Origin: Amoebidium appalachense
Lineage: Eukaryota > Protista > Ichthyosporea
DNA length: 64,000 nt
Assembly (NCBI GenBank): GCA_963693365.1
Contig: CAVNZM010000003.1
Location: forward strand, 14,416,914-14,480,913
Direction of reading: 5' to 3'
Shown: positions 52,452 through 64,000 of the stretch, piece after piece
How positions within the stretch are numbered: the first letter of the stretch is position 1
How the letters are laid out: each line of letters begins with the position of its first letter
Position numbers and translations under genes: made by a program
The notes under the pieces: model-generated
Seen by the model: the letters and a program-made list of their open reading frames with translations, nothing else
Database searches by the model: none
Told to the model about the DNA's origin: nothing

Positions 52452-54553
52452 GGCCATGGCACACACACACACACACACACTCAAACACATGTACATTTTA
52501 ATGTTTTAATAGCTATAGGCAGACAGTTGTTGAAAAAAAACAGAGTAAAAAACACAACTAAATCAACTCAATAATGTGAATATGACATTTAGGGCGAGTG
52601 TGCTAGAAGGGTTTGTGGCTGATAATGATAATTTTTTTACATTACACTAGAGCTAGGGTGATTCAAGCTGGGCGGCCACAGTGGTCATTGGTAATTTTTT
52701 TTTATTTGTTTTTTTTCCACATGTACACACAAAGTAATAATCGAATAGAATACAAAAACAACTAAGAAGACAAAAACGCATACAACCTTCACTTGGCCCA
52801 CACACACACATTCACACACACGCAAACATGCACACACACACACACACACACATAGACGTTGAACACAATGAAAGGAATTACCTAGAAGTCGTCCATTTGC
52901 TACCACACTTTTATTTTGGGTTATTTGTGGCCGGCGTTTCTACCCGGAGTATTGTTATGCCCGTCAGATTCACCAACATGAACTGTTAGTGCCACGGATA
53001 GCACTTTACAGTTACAACGCCAAGTTACGTGTAGCAGCAAGATGCATTTATTTCTACCCGTACGCAAAAAAAAAAAGGCCAAGGGGGGGGGGGGGGGGGG
53101 GGGGGGAGCGAGAGGCGGGGAGGCTAGGGAGGGGGGGGGGGGGAGGGGGGAGGGAGGTAACAACCACACAACCCAACATCAATAACTGTCTTGTTATGTT
53201 TTGGCGCCGGCGACAGCCGGCGCACAGACCTACACACACACAAACACATGTACATTTTAATGTTTAATAGCTATAGGCAGACAGTTGTTGGAAAAAAATA
53301 GAGTAGAAAACACAACTAAATCAACTCAGTAATGTGAATATGACATTTAGGGCGAGTGTACTAGAAGGGTTTGTGGCTGATAATGATTATTTTTTTACAC
53401 TAGAGCTAGGGTGATTCAACCTCTCCATCCACCACCAATTGGTCAATGGCACAAAACTAATCATAAGGGAACTATACAATTACTACATTCGTTGCGACCG
53501 CATAGTTGATTCCTTAGGATCTGTCGAGTCTGTTCTCATACCTAGATTTACCTTCCAATTTCAACCAACCCGAGGTGTAACAGTGAATAGAAAACACTAT
53601 CCTTTAAAGCTTGCCTACGGACTCACCATTAACAAATCCCAAGGCCAAACCCTCGACGTCTGCGGTTTGTATTTACGTACCCCGGTGTTTGCTCACGGTC
53701 AACTCTATGTGGCACTTGGCCGTGTGCGCACACGTAGACACATACTTATCTGTGTACATGAAAATGACAAAGTTTCTGCAAATGCCATTGCCTACACCGT
53801 CAATGTCGTTTCTCCCTACATTCGCAATATCTTCAACCCCCCCTGATTACATAATCACAACACACCATCAGTCACTGCTTTTGGTACCACCATGTCATAA
53901 ATATTCAGGTCCTTGAGATGAAGGACGCAGGGGGCAGCAGGGCGAGGGGGGGGGGGGGGGGGGGTGACTTAGCAGGGGGAAGGAAGGGGTGGGGGGGGGG
54001 GTAGCTGGGGGGGGAGGGGGGGGGGGTAGGTTTACTTACTTAGCGGTGCATAGTTGCCATACAGGCTGCCTCCTTCTGGCAAAATATATAAAATTAACTT
54101 ATTTGGGCTGGCCCCACTCCCATCACTTCCCACCATCATTTGCTCATACCCATCCCCTCACTTTGCAATTTGGACGGGGGGGGGGGGGGGGGGGGGGGGG
54201 GGGGAATACATAGTGTGCTACCGCCGCCACTGCCCAGGGTCCCCCGTGGGAGGGGGGCAAGAAGGAGGGGGGGGGGGGGGGGGGGGGGGGGGGAGGGGGG
54301 GGGGGGGGGAGGGGTGAATGAAAGGGAAAAGGGTCATAACATTTGGCAGATCCGGCAACTGCAGGAATGGGGGGGGGGGGGGGGGGGGGAGCATGACACA
54401 CAGGGCCAGGGGGGGGGGGCGTGAGGCGGGGGGGCCAGGGAGGGGGGGGGGGGCGGGGGGAGGGGGGAGGGAGGTAACAACCACACAACCCAACATCAAT
54501 AACTGTCCCGTTATGTTTTGGCGCCGGCGACAGCCGGCGCACAGACCTACTTG
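51855..54553 (+). mobile_element. Non-autonomous Helitron with PIF1 helicase C-terminal fragment
   Basis: 5' A|TCTATTATCTATATATATAA. 3' hairpin GCGCCGGC-GACA-GCCGGCGC (54521-54540) followed by CTACTTG|T, a variant of the usual CTAG end. Helicase fragment inside. Confidence 0.8.
53439..53846 (+). pseudogene. Helitron RepHel PIF1-family helicase C-terminal fragment
   Basis: NGTKLII, VLIPRF, PLKLAYGLTINKSQGQTL and VFAHGQLYVALGRV motifs. Confidence 0.93.
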
Positions 54554-55208
54554 TAGCTATAGATAGATACTCATGCCTGTGTGCCTGTGTGGTTTTGTAA
54601 CAGGGTGCCCGTGTGCGCTTTGGCCCATATCATCGCAGCCTGTGCTCGTGCTTGTTCCCATGTGGGTGTGGGTGTACGATCTATGTGTTCGTACACCGGC
54701 ACGCTCCGTGTAGGTCTGTGTGCATTTTGAGTCTGCGTGCGTGCACGTGTGCGCGCGTGTGTGCGTGCAGGTGTGCGTGCGAGAGAGAGAGCGCGCCGGG
54801 GGGGGGGGGGGGGGGGGGGAGAGAGAGAGAGAGAGAGAGAGAGAAAGGGGGGGGGGGGTTGGCTTTGATGACGTCTGACGGCTCTATAGCTCAGTGCTGG
54901 TACGTGATAATTCAACTATACTCGTATGTTTGACAGCTCTTTCAAATACAGTTGTTGTGTGCACTGAATACAGGTACAGCTATTTTGTTTAGTGTACAGC
55001 AGCCAGCGGCTGCCACCGGCGCCGCCGCCGCGGGGCGGGCTCCAAAATTCTTGGGTCCACTTGCTATATATGGAGTGGCGGGAGACGAAAGGATTGGCTT
55101 AGAGCTACAAGGGCTGGGCACACTTGCCATATATGGAAGCCTTGCTAGCGTCACGGGGCGGCACCTCACGTGTACGGCCGCGGTGACACGATTCATGTCA
55201 CACGAAGT

Positions 55209-55249
<41 letters not shown>

Positions 55250-55555
55250 GGAGCTCAACTTGTCATTCTGACAGTCTCCCACCCTCCTTTCTTCCGAGAT
55301 TCTCTTCGTTGTGAGTCTTTAGAAAGGCAACTTTTGGCTTTTGTTTACAAGGGTGTCTCGGTAAAAGATTTGATAGGTTTACCATTCGAACAGTCGCTAC
55401 ACGTACAAGCAACGCTGCAACAACCCGTGTTATAGATAACAGTTAGAACGAGCAAGTTTGAAAAGAGCAAGTGGGCCCTTTGCTGCCCTTTGCTCGTGCT
55501 GTTGTCACACTTCTCCCTTGTTAATCATTGGGTCCAAAGCGAGCACGTCGCCAAT

Positions 55556-55834
55556 ATGGCTTCACACGACCTGCACGGAGTGATAGAGCCGGCAGACAGC
55601 AGCAAAGGTCCCCTCCCTCCCCAACCCCTACCCTGCATTTTTTCTCACGCTTTCTCTCCTCCCCTTCCCTTTTCTGGGACGTAAAGCTGCTTATTACATG
55701 AATTGCTTGTACCAGAGCAAAGGGGAAGGAGGAAGAATCGTAAGACAAAAAGGTGTCACTTTGAGGGAATGGGTGGAACATTTGGTGGCGGGAATCAGCA
55801 ACAGCGTGTGGCATGTGTGGAAGGGTGTGTGTGT

Positions 55835-55865
<31 letters not shown>

Positions 55866-58800
55866 TTGCAGTCTGAGAACATTCATTTGTGAGGCTGGAG
55901 TTAGGAAGGGCCTACAGGGTTAAGCAAAAGATATAGGGAGTGGTGGAGGGAGAGGCTCCGGAGACTGATGGAAAGCCTTGAAAAACCTGAGAATGTCCGG
56001 GAAATCGCTGATGGGTAGTGCAACTGGCGAGGACAGAATGAAACGAAAAAAGTCCATGGTGCAAAGGGTTTATTGCTCTTGTGCATAAAGACACCGCCAG
56101 ACGCCACCAATACTAATGGTATTATTCCTTATCTGACCAACATGACCCCCACCCGCCCATCCCACCAGCCTGCCCTCTGTCTCTGTTAAATTGTATAAGT
56201 ATTTGGGATGTAAGCAGAGACACAGTGGTGCAGTGTGAAAACACCACAGACACACACAACAACAAAACACGGAACGATCGGAGCAGTGTACACAACAGAC
56301 ATCAATGTTTAGACACGACTGAACTGAATTTATTCTGATCTTCGAATAAATACCTGAAATTCCTCTAAGTCCAATCCATACATGATTTCCGACCAGTCGG
56401 AAATCAGATCCATCTCTAATAGAAACCAATCACTAAGAACCAATTGCTTTCAGAGAGATCCGGTACGCGGAGGCGTACACGATAGGACACAGACACTAGT
56501 TAAGATCAACTCGTGTCATCATCAAGGAAGTTCTAACCTATGACATACTGCAAAGACTCAGACATATCACACTTAACCTTGATGATTGGTTAAAGCCCGG
56601 CAACACATGAAAACTAAAGTGAATTAATGAAGTCTAAACACACATGCTATTCTAAGTGTAGCCTAAGTGTGTTACCGTCCAATGAACACGTATTAAGTAA
56701 CACAAATCTACCTAACATATATTAGTAGAAAAGAAATACGATTATACACATGAAGACAAGGAGAGAAAGAAAAGAAAATAAGGAAGGAGAAAGAGGAAGG
56801 AAAAGAGAGCACAGATCAACAAACAAGATAGTAATAGCATAACTATAACCAGAGATATTTATGTACACACGAACATGTACACGTCTCTCCCTGAGTGGGT
56901 GGATCCGTGTACACACATATAAATATTCTAATCGATATTACAATACACGATTAAAGCCGATACAACACGATTACAAGTATACAAGCATATCGGAGATCGA
57001 TGCTACACTTTACATAATAGGAGTGTGGCATTTACACTAAGCATATGAACTGAAACATAACACAAACTGAGAAGATCTTACCATATGTAAATACTACGTA
57101 TTACAACAGTCTCTCCTTCCCACAGAGCTGCTCGGGTCCATTGTCGGCCACCTGCCCCTTAATGACCGATGCTCAGTTTCGGCAACATGCCACACACTTT
57201 GCAACATTGCCCGCAGCATCCATGCAGGACCAGTCACCGTGTTCATTCCTGCACGGGACCCCGTGTCAGAGATGCATGATAAACTATCAGAGTCGTGGGT
57301 GTGTGCCTTTTCCCTGTTTTTTCACACGTGGGCTAGCGCAATCACCAAGGTGGATGTGTGCATGGACAGTGTTGCCAAAATGGGCAGACGCCATAGTACG
57401 GGGGTATCAGAGGGCTATGTTCGCCATTGCCATACTGTCGCTTCCAAACCTCAGAGCCCTATCGGTATCGTGTGTAGTGTTCATATCCAGCACAGGCTAT
57501 TTGGAAGATTTGGCGGCACTTTTACGGCCAGTGTTGATAAAGCGGGGAGCCCAGTTGAGAAATCTCACCGTACGTTTAAATGGAGCGATGGACGATGACG
57601 ACCGAAATGTCGTGGGTGAGGCGGCACTTATTTCATTCCTGTGGGAGCGATGCCCCAATCTCCAGGACCTGACGGTGTCTGGGTTTACTTGGCCCGTATC
57701 AGTCGATGGCCGCAAGGCATGTTTGCGCTCGGCAAGGGTGTCTATAGAGGGCCCGGCCATTTCTGCGGCAAGTTCCATCTTGCAATGCTCGCCGGCCATT
57801 TCTGTTTTGACGCTTAGCGGACTCGGTCTGTACGGAAACGGGATAACGTTTATCGGCTGTGCTACCAACCTGCGCACGTTGTATCTCGACGACATAGACG
57901 TTCCCATTTTGGATCTGTCCCCCCTGGCGGCATGTCCGCATCTTTGCCACCTTGATGTGGTTGCTGATGAGGAGACCACAGTTTATGTTCGGGAAATCGC
58001 CGCCCTTCCCGCCCTACGCGTGGTGGATATGACGGATGTGGCTGGGGTGACGGGTAGTAGTGTGGGTCTAACTGAGGCGATTTTGTCGCGTGAACGTGCC
58101 ATAGAGGAGCACCCGCCAAATATTCGTTTTCTGGGCGGGTCGGCAAGCACACTTCGCAAATTGCGCCTCACAGGCGATTTATGTACACAGGTCTCAGAGC
58201 TTGCCTCTTTGGGCATAACCAACCTGACCAGTATCTTGCTGAGCGATTACGAGGAACTATGCGATTTTTCTCTCGCAGACCAACCAAACCTGCAGGAACT
58301 GCGTATCGACGATGTGAACGTGCGCACCCTTGGTCCGGCCTGTTCTCACAGCAGCCTGCAGACCCTAATATTCGAATACGACATCGGTACCCCTGGGCTC
58401 AAAAACATCACGGCGCTGGCGGGAAGCCCCATAAAGTCCCTCGTGCTGACAGGTTTGGGGCTAGACACCCTCGATCCACTGCGCACGTGCACGCAACTAA
58501 CCCACATCGACTTTGGGTTTTGCAATCTTTCTTCCATCGAACCACTCGCCGGCCTACCCCTCGAAAGAATCAACATCCGTGAAGCCGGCAGCTTCACATC
58601 CCTCTACCCTCTCGCCACGTGCACCCGCCTACGTTGCCTCGATTTGGCGGACCTGCCGGGCATTACCACCCTTGCCCCTCTTGCCGGCCTACCCCTGAAA
58701 ACCCTTTCACTATACCGGTGTAAAAACCTGGCCGACATCAGTGCACTTGGGCAGTGCACGAACCTGACCAGTCTAACGTTGAGGTGGTTACCCAAAGTTA

Positions 58801-58901
58801 GCAGTCTGCTGTGTCTGCAGGGCCATCCCTCCCTGCGCAAACTACAAGTGCCTTGGGAGTCGCCATGGGACCTGACACACCTGCAAGGACACGTGACTAT
58901 C
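55556..58901 (+). CDS. F-box/LRR gene D (exon 1 55556-55607, exon 2 57126-58901), most intact copy
   Basis: MASHDLHGVIEPADSSK|ELLGSIVGHLPLNDRCSVSATCH. A single +1 shift at GCCAAAATGG (~57377) may be a sequencing error. Complete LRR array. GCAAGT donor. Last exon unresolved. Confidence 0.8.
56184..57108. mobile_element. Solo LTR with 5-bp TSD (GTCTC) in intron 1 of gene D
   Basis: GTCTC|TGTTAA...ACAACA|GTCTC. The empty site is visible in paralogs (CTGCCCTCTGTCTCTGCTTCCCACAG at 42641). Confidence 0.95.
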
Positions 58902-59809
58902 GCAAGTTCAGCCCCCCCCCCCCCCCCCCTCTCCCCCCTCCCCCCCCCCCCCCCCCCCTCTCTCCCAGAGACACGCACGCACGCACGCGCGCGCGCGCGC
59001 GCACACACACACACATGCACACACACATGCGCGCACACACACACACGCACACACACACACGCACACGCGCGCGCACATATGCACACGCACACACAGCAAG
59101 GGGCACCGTGTTGCATGTACGAAGAGGGCAACAGTCCACTGAACCACATGTGAGCTTTCTTGCCTCAGCCCATTCCATTACTAAGCACAGGCACAGATCC
59201 AAAGTCAAAAAATGCACAACACCTCGCGAAAATATGCATAGAACAACAGATACACATGCATACATATGTTTTTGTGAGCTCCCCGGTATTCTGGTGCTCC
59301 TTTTCAACCCCTACCCCATTATCTCCCCCCCTCCCCCCCTCCAAAAAAAAAAAAAAAAAAAATCACACGCACACACACAGTCTGACTGTAAGTCATTGTT
59401 ATTCCATGGCCATGGTACTGTCAGACCACAACTCTCAGGTGTTCTCTCACTCTCCTCCCTCCCTCCCTCCCTCCTTTCCTATTACTCCCTCACGGCCTCC
59501 GCGCAGCACCTTTCCGGCCACAATCTCTCTTCACACACCCTCCGCACCACCTTCCCTCCTTTCCCTCCCTCCCCTCCTTCCCCTCCTTCCCCTCCTCCCC
59601 CCCTTCCCCCCCCCCCCCCCCCCCCCTCCCTCCCTTCACCCCCTCCTCCCGCACCGGGGCTCTGCTTCTCTTCATGTGTGGTTTGTATTAGTTGCATTGT
59701 GTTGTCCGTTGTGTATGTGTAAATCGTACTTCTACAGCGCATTCAACCCCCCCCCCCCCCCCCCCCCCCCGGACGATGGGCTACATGTTCAAGTGTTTTC
59801 TGCCTGCAC

Positions 59810-59840
<31 letters not shown>

Positions 59841-60840
59841 CCCTCCTCCTTTTCGTTTTGAATTGTTCGATTTCGGGTCTTCTTTCTTGTGACATTTTGT
59901 GTTTTGTCCTTTGGTGTCTCCTCCGTATGTCCAACCCTCTAATGCAAACATCACTCACCCCTCCCTCCCTCCTCCCTCTCCCCCCCCCCCCCCCCCCCCG
60001 CCCCGCCCGCCCGCCCCCCTCCTTGCCTCCCACCCTCATCTCACTCCTCCGCTTCTCCCTCTAACTCTGTCCATGCCCTCCGGATTCCCTCCGTTATCCC
60101 CCCCCCCCCCCCCCCCCCTCTCCCCTCTCCCCTCAATATCTACATTGCCTTTTGCGTCGTAAATGCGTACTTCATACGTCATGACACTATCTATCCCCTT
60201 ACCCCCCCCCCTGTTGGAGTACACTGGTACTCCCGGCTAGCAATGTCTGTTAGAGAAAGTTTCTGAGCAATTGAATAACTGTTTCAACACAACCTCGAGT
60301 GCATAGAGCTTTTGTTTACGGTCATATTCATATATGGTAGTTATATGTTTGAGCCAAAACTGTACCAATGACGAGCTTCACTAGCAACGTGCTAATTGTG
60401 CTCATTAATTAATATTCCCGGTTCAGATGATGTCATGTCTATATTTGCCACAGGATTCTATTCTTAGAGTGGTAGTGTGCTTTATTCCCGGATATTCTCA
60501 GAATATTTTTAGTTGTGTGAAGCAAGATTTACGTTTAACTGCAATTGGTGTGTTAAACACGTTTATTTGTGTGCTTTAGTGCAAGTTAACTAGCCACTCA
60601 ACGTGCACAGTTAACTTTTATATCTTTAACGACTTGTTTTCATTGTGCTCTCTTTTCGGCCATGCTGTACATGGCCCACCACCAGGGTGCACACGAGGCC
60701 ACCATGAGGTGGCCAACGACTATATAAAGCAGTGCCTCCCATGTCACAAACATGGGAAGCAGAACGTTTGATTTACACTTTTCTACTGTCGTTTCCAGTG
60801 CACAAAACACATAGACTAGTTACCCATCATACACGACACT

Positions 60841-61833
60841 ATGTCTGACAACTTACAGTTGCAGCAACTAGTCCAACTACTGGAGCAGAGGTTGGCCTCA
60901 CAAGATGCAATCATTTCTGACTTACAGAAGGAACAACGTGCACTAGAACTAGCTTCTATGAACACAATGTCCAACAGGGTTATGGGCCCCTCACGTAATG
61001 ATTCCATCAAGTTCAAGGTCGACATCCCTCTCTTCACTGGCATTGATAATGATTCAGGCACGGACTACCACACATGGGCCGAAACCATGTATGTCCAGCT
61101 TTCTGGTGCTGGTCTTCTCCACACCATCGCGCCCAGTACGGAGCACCCGGCTACCCGTGAACAGGTCGACACTGCCCGTTCCTACCTGTGGCAAGCACTC
61201 TCGGTTGACGTGCGTTGTATCCTAGGGTTAACACGCACCACCACACCTGCGGAGATATGGTCGGCCCTATCTGCCCACTACCTGGAGCAATCTGAGGCCA
61301 ATCAGTACGACCTTATCGGGCTGTACATGAATTCTACGCCTGAACCTACGGACACCGCGACGAAATACGCCATGAAACTCCGCGGCTACGTGCGGCGCCT
61401 GGCCGATTACGGCACACAAATTGGTGATGCTCAAGTGCTGACCAAGCTCACCAACGACCTCGGCAAGGTGCCTTACTACGAAATGCCTGTAATTGCCTAC
61501 AAGATGACACCCAAGCCTACCGTGATGGGCCTCGTCCAACAGCTACGGGCATATGAGACCAGCCACCCACGTGCACGTGTGACTACCAGCTCCGGGCCGG
61601 CCGCCTTCACCACACGGGCTCCTCAACCTGTCATCTGCCACGGCTGCGGCAAACCAGGCCACATCAAGTCTCAGTGCCCCAACGGCAACGGCCAACACAG
61701 CAACTCTGGCAACAACCGTGCCAGCACCCACCCCAAGGGTTCCTGCGTCAACCACCCACTGTCTACCAGTCACACTACCGCCATGTGCAAGGGGGGCAAC
61801 CGTGCCAACGGCCGCAAACCTAAGGGTGCCTAA
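60841..61833 (+). CDS. gag: Copia Gag
   Basis: Copia-type capsid pattern (DYHTWAETM, TPAEIWSAL) and CCHC knuckle CHGCGKPGHIKSQC. Confidence 0.9.
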   Translation: MSDNLQLQQLVQLLEQRLASQDAIISDLQKEQRALELASMNTMSNRVMGPSRNDSIKFKVDIPLFTGIDNDSGTDYHTWAETMYVQLSGAGLLHTIAPSTEHPATREQVDTARSYLWQALSVDVRCILGLTRTTTPAEIWSALSAHYLEQSEANQYDLIGLYMNSTPEPTDTATKYAMKLRGYVRRLADYGTQIGDAQVLTKLTNDLGKVPYYEMPVIAYKMTPKPTVMGLVQQLRAYETSHPRARVTTSSGPAAFTTRAPQPVICHGCGKPGHIKSQCPNGNGQHSNSGNNRASTHPKGSCVNHPLSTSHTTAMCKGGNRANGRKPKGA

Positions 61834-61911
61834 GGGTGGTCCCCTCCCGCCTGGGTCCTGCATCAACCACCCTGCCTCTACTACCCACACTACGGCACAG
61901 TGCAAGGGGGG

Positions 61912-64000
61912 GCTGCCGCTCCCCGGGCTTTCCTCATGTCTAGCAACGACTGTGGCACCAACAAGGTGCTCCTCGACTCTGGAGCCACTGACCATGTGTG
62001 CCCCCGGCCCGATGTGTTCATCAACATGCGTGCGGCGCCTTACTCCACGGTCCAAGTAGCCGACAAGGGTGCATGTGCAGTGCTTGGGGTGGGCGACGTG
62101 TTCTTTTCCAGCACCATCGACGGCGTTACTGCGGTGCATCAGCTGACGGATGTACTCTACGTGCCCTCCATCCCCGACACTCTCATCAGTGTGTTCACGG
62201 CAACTACCAACGGTGTTTTACCCCGCTTTGACACCCGCGGCGGCGTTAAGTTGTGCTACGGCGATCAAATTCTGGCCACCGGCTCGGCTGTCGGCACCAA
62301 GCTGTACCACATGGCGGTGTCTCTTCTGCGAGCGGACACAACCCCGGACGCCCAAACCACCACTGCTCCGCGTATCCTCAAGGTTACTGCCGACCTCAAC
62401 ACGTGGCACTACCGTCTGGGCCATGCTGGCATTGACGCTGTACGCTCGGTCATCAAGTCTGCAGGCCTGTTGGTGGGTGGCGGTGCCAAGTCTCCGGGTG
62501 TGTGTGAGCCCTGTGCCCTCGGCAAAGCCCACCGTGTTGCCTTCTCCGAATCAACTAGCCAAGCTCCCCGGGTCCTAGCCAAGGTTCACAGCGACATCAG
62601 CGGCCCCTTCCCTCCCGCGATCGGTGGTGCTCAGTACTTGGCGACGTTCCACGACGAATTCACCGGCCACACCACGGCCGTGCCCCTCGTCAAGAAGTCG
62701 GACACACTGGCTGCATATGTGACGTACCACAAGGCGGCGGTTACCCAACACGGTGTTCCCATGCAGGTGTTTCAGTCCGACGGGGGGGGCGAGTACATGG
62801 GCACGGCCTTCGGGGACTACAACCGTGAGCATGGCATTCGCCATCAGATCACTACCACCGGCTCTCCTCAACAGAATGGGACTGCCGAACGACTGAACCG
62901 GACCCTCCTCGACATGGTTCGGGCACTCCTGCAGCAGTCCGGCCTTCCGGTGGGATTCTGGGCCGAGGCAGCTGTGACCGCGGCTTTTATACGCAACATG
63001 CTCCCGTCGCGAGCCACCGGCAGCCAATCGTCTCCCGCCCTGCTGTGGACCGGCATTCCTCCCGACTACAGCCGGCTCCGTGTCTGGGGCTCTCCCTGCT
63101 ACGTCCATCAACAGGATACACCGAAACTGGCGCCTCGTGCCGTCAAGGGCATCTTCGTGGGCTACCCTCCTAACATCAAGGGCTACAAGGTCTGGATTCC
63201 AGCAGCACACAAGATGACCGTCAGCCGTGACGTGCAGTTCGACGAGGCTGCTATTCTGCACCCCCTCCGTGATGTCCCATCTGATTGGTCGACCGCACCG
63301 GCAATTCATCATTTTTTGGAGTCATCTGATTCGTCAAATCAGCCAGCCAATCACATCGTCCGGAATGATCAGCAATCTGATTCGTCTCGTCTGTCAGCCA
63401 ATGGGACAGCGCCGAGTGATCAATTGGACATTCCGATCCTGCCCGAGCCTGCACATCGGCTCCCCCGGACGACCCGTAGTGGCGCTGTGTACAACGACCA
63501 ACGTCGAGGCCCGACTGCCAACGTGGCTGCTGCTACGGCCCCCCTTGCCCCCCAGGCTACGGCTCCTGCATCAACACCCATCAAGGCTTCCACCATTGTT
63601 GTCCCCAAGACTGTCCGGGCTGCACTCAAGAGTCCCCAGCGTCTGAAATGGGAGGAGGCTGCACACCGTGAGCTCAAGGCCCTGGAAGACAACGGCACCT
63701 TCACCCTTGTGCCCCGTCCAGAGGATGGCTCCACTGTCATTCCGGTCGGCTGGGTCTTTACGGTCAAGCAGGACAACGTCGGCAACGTCACTGCTTTCAA
63801 GGCCCGGCTTGTGGCCCGGGGCAACTACCAGCAGCCTGGCCAGGACTATTTCGTCACCGAGTCACCTGTGGCTGCGCTGGCTACCATCCGGCTGGTTTTG
63901 GCTACCTCCGTGGCCCAAGGTCTGCCTCTGCGCCACATCGACGTCAACACAGCATTCCTCAACGGCACCGTCAACGAGACCATCTACATTGAGCAGCCCC
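61912..64000 (+). CDS. pol: Copia Pol (PR-IN-RT), open to the window end, absent from the ORF track
   Basis: Manual translation gives LLDSGATDHVCP, TWHYRLGH, CEPCALGK, VHSDISGP, QSDGGGEY, QNGTAER, FKARLVARG and HIDVNTAFLNG. Confidence 0.93.

Larger units (their letters stand above)
60248..64000 (+). mobile_element. Ty1/Copia LTR retrotransposon, 5' part (LTR 60248-60976, PBS 60978-60989)
   Basis: TGTTAG...CCAACA LTR, canonical GGTTATGGGCCC PBS, TATATAAA at 60721, then gag, PR, IN and RT. Confidence 0.95.

Noticed and set aside
55059-55136. CArG-like boxes (CCATATATGG) and ORF 54952-55314 upstream of gene D
   Set aside because: Not seen upstream of the paralogs; a short motif can occur by chance and the ORF has no recognisable domain.

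Overview
This is a repeat-rich eukaryotic window with spliceosomal introns and very long poly-C/G, (CA)n and (GA)n tracts; most ORF-track entries are microsatellite artefacts. From 1-16 kb it is a nest of LTR retroelements: an RGG-rich gag fragment, a truncated Copia, a near full-length Copia with two LTRs, two solo LTRs and MITE-like pieces. At ~18-30.8 kb is a seven-exon + strand gene missed by the ORF track, encoding a ~309-aa BOULE/DAZ-like RRM protein with the two BOULE-type RRM intron positions. Its ~2-kb leader and the unique parts of its introns fold, by eye, into dense + strand G-U-rich RNA structure, including a perfect 48-bp helix, an array of ~12 covarying hairpins with GUU-rich loops and a ~550-nt multi-domain fold. 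This locus is the best candidate for an undescribed system. At 29.8-38.2 kb is a 4.2-kb tandem duplication. At 33-59 kb is a cluster of four F-box/LRR paralogs plus a truncated copy, with a non-autonomous Helitron and an intronic solo LTR. From 60.2 kb a Copia element runs off the window. All folds and alignments were done by eye, the organism is unknown, and many frameshifts sit in homopolymers and may be sequencing errors.
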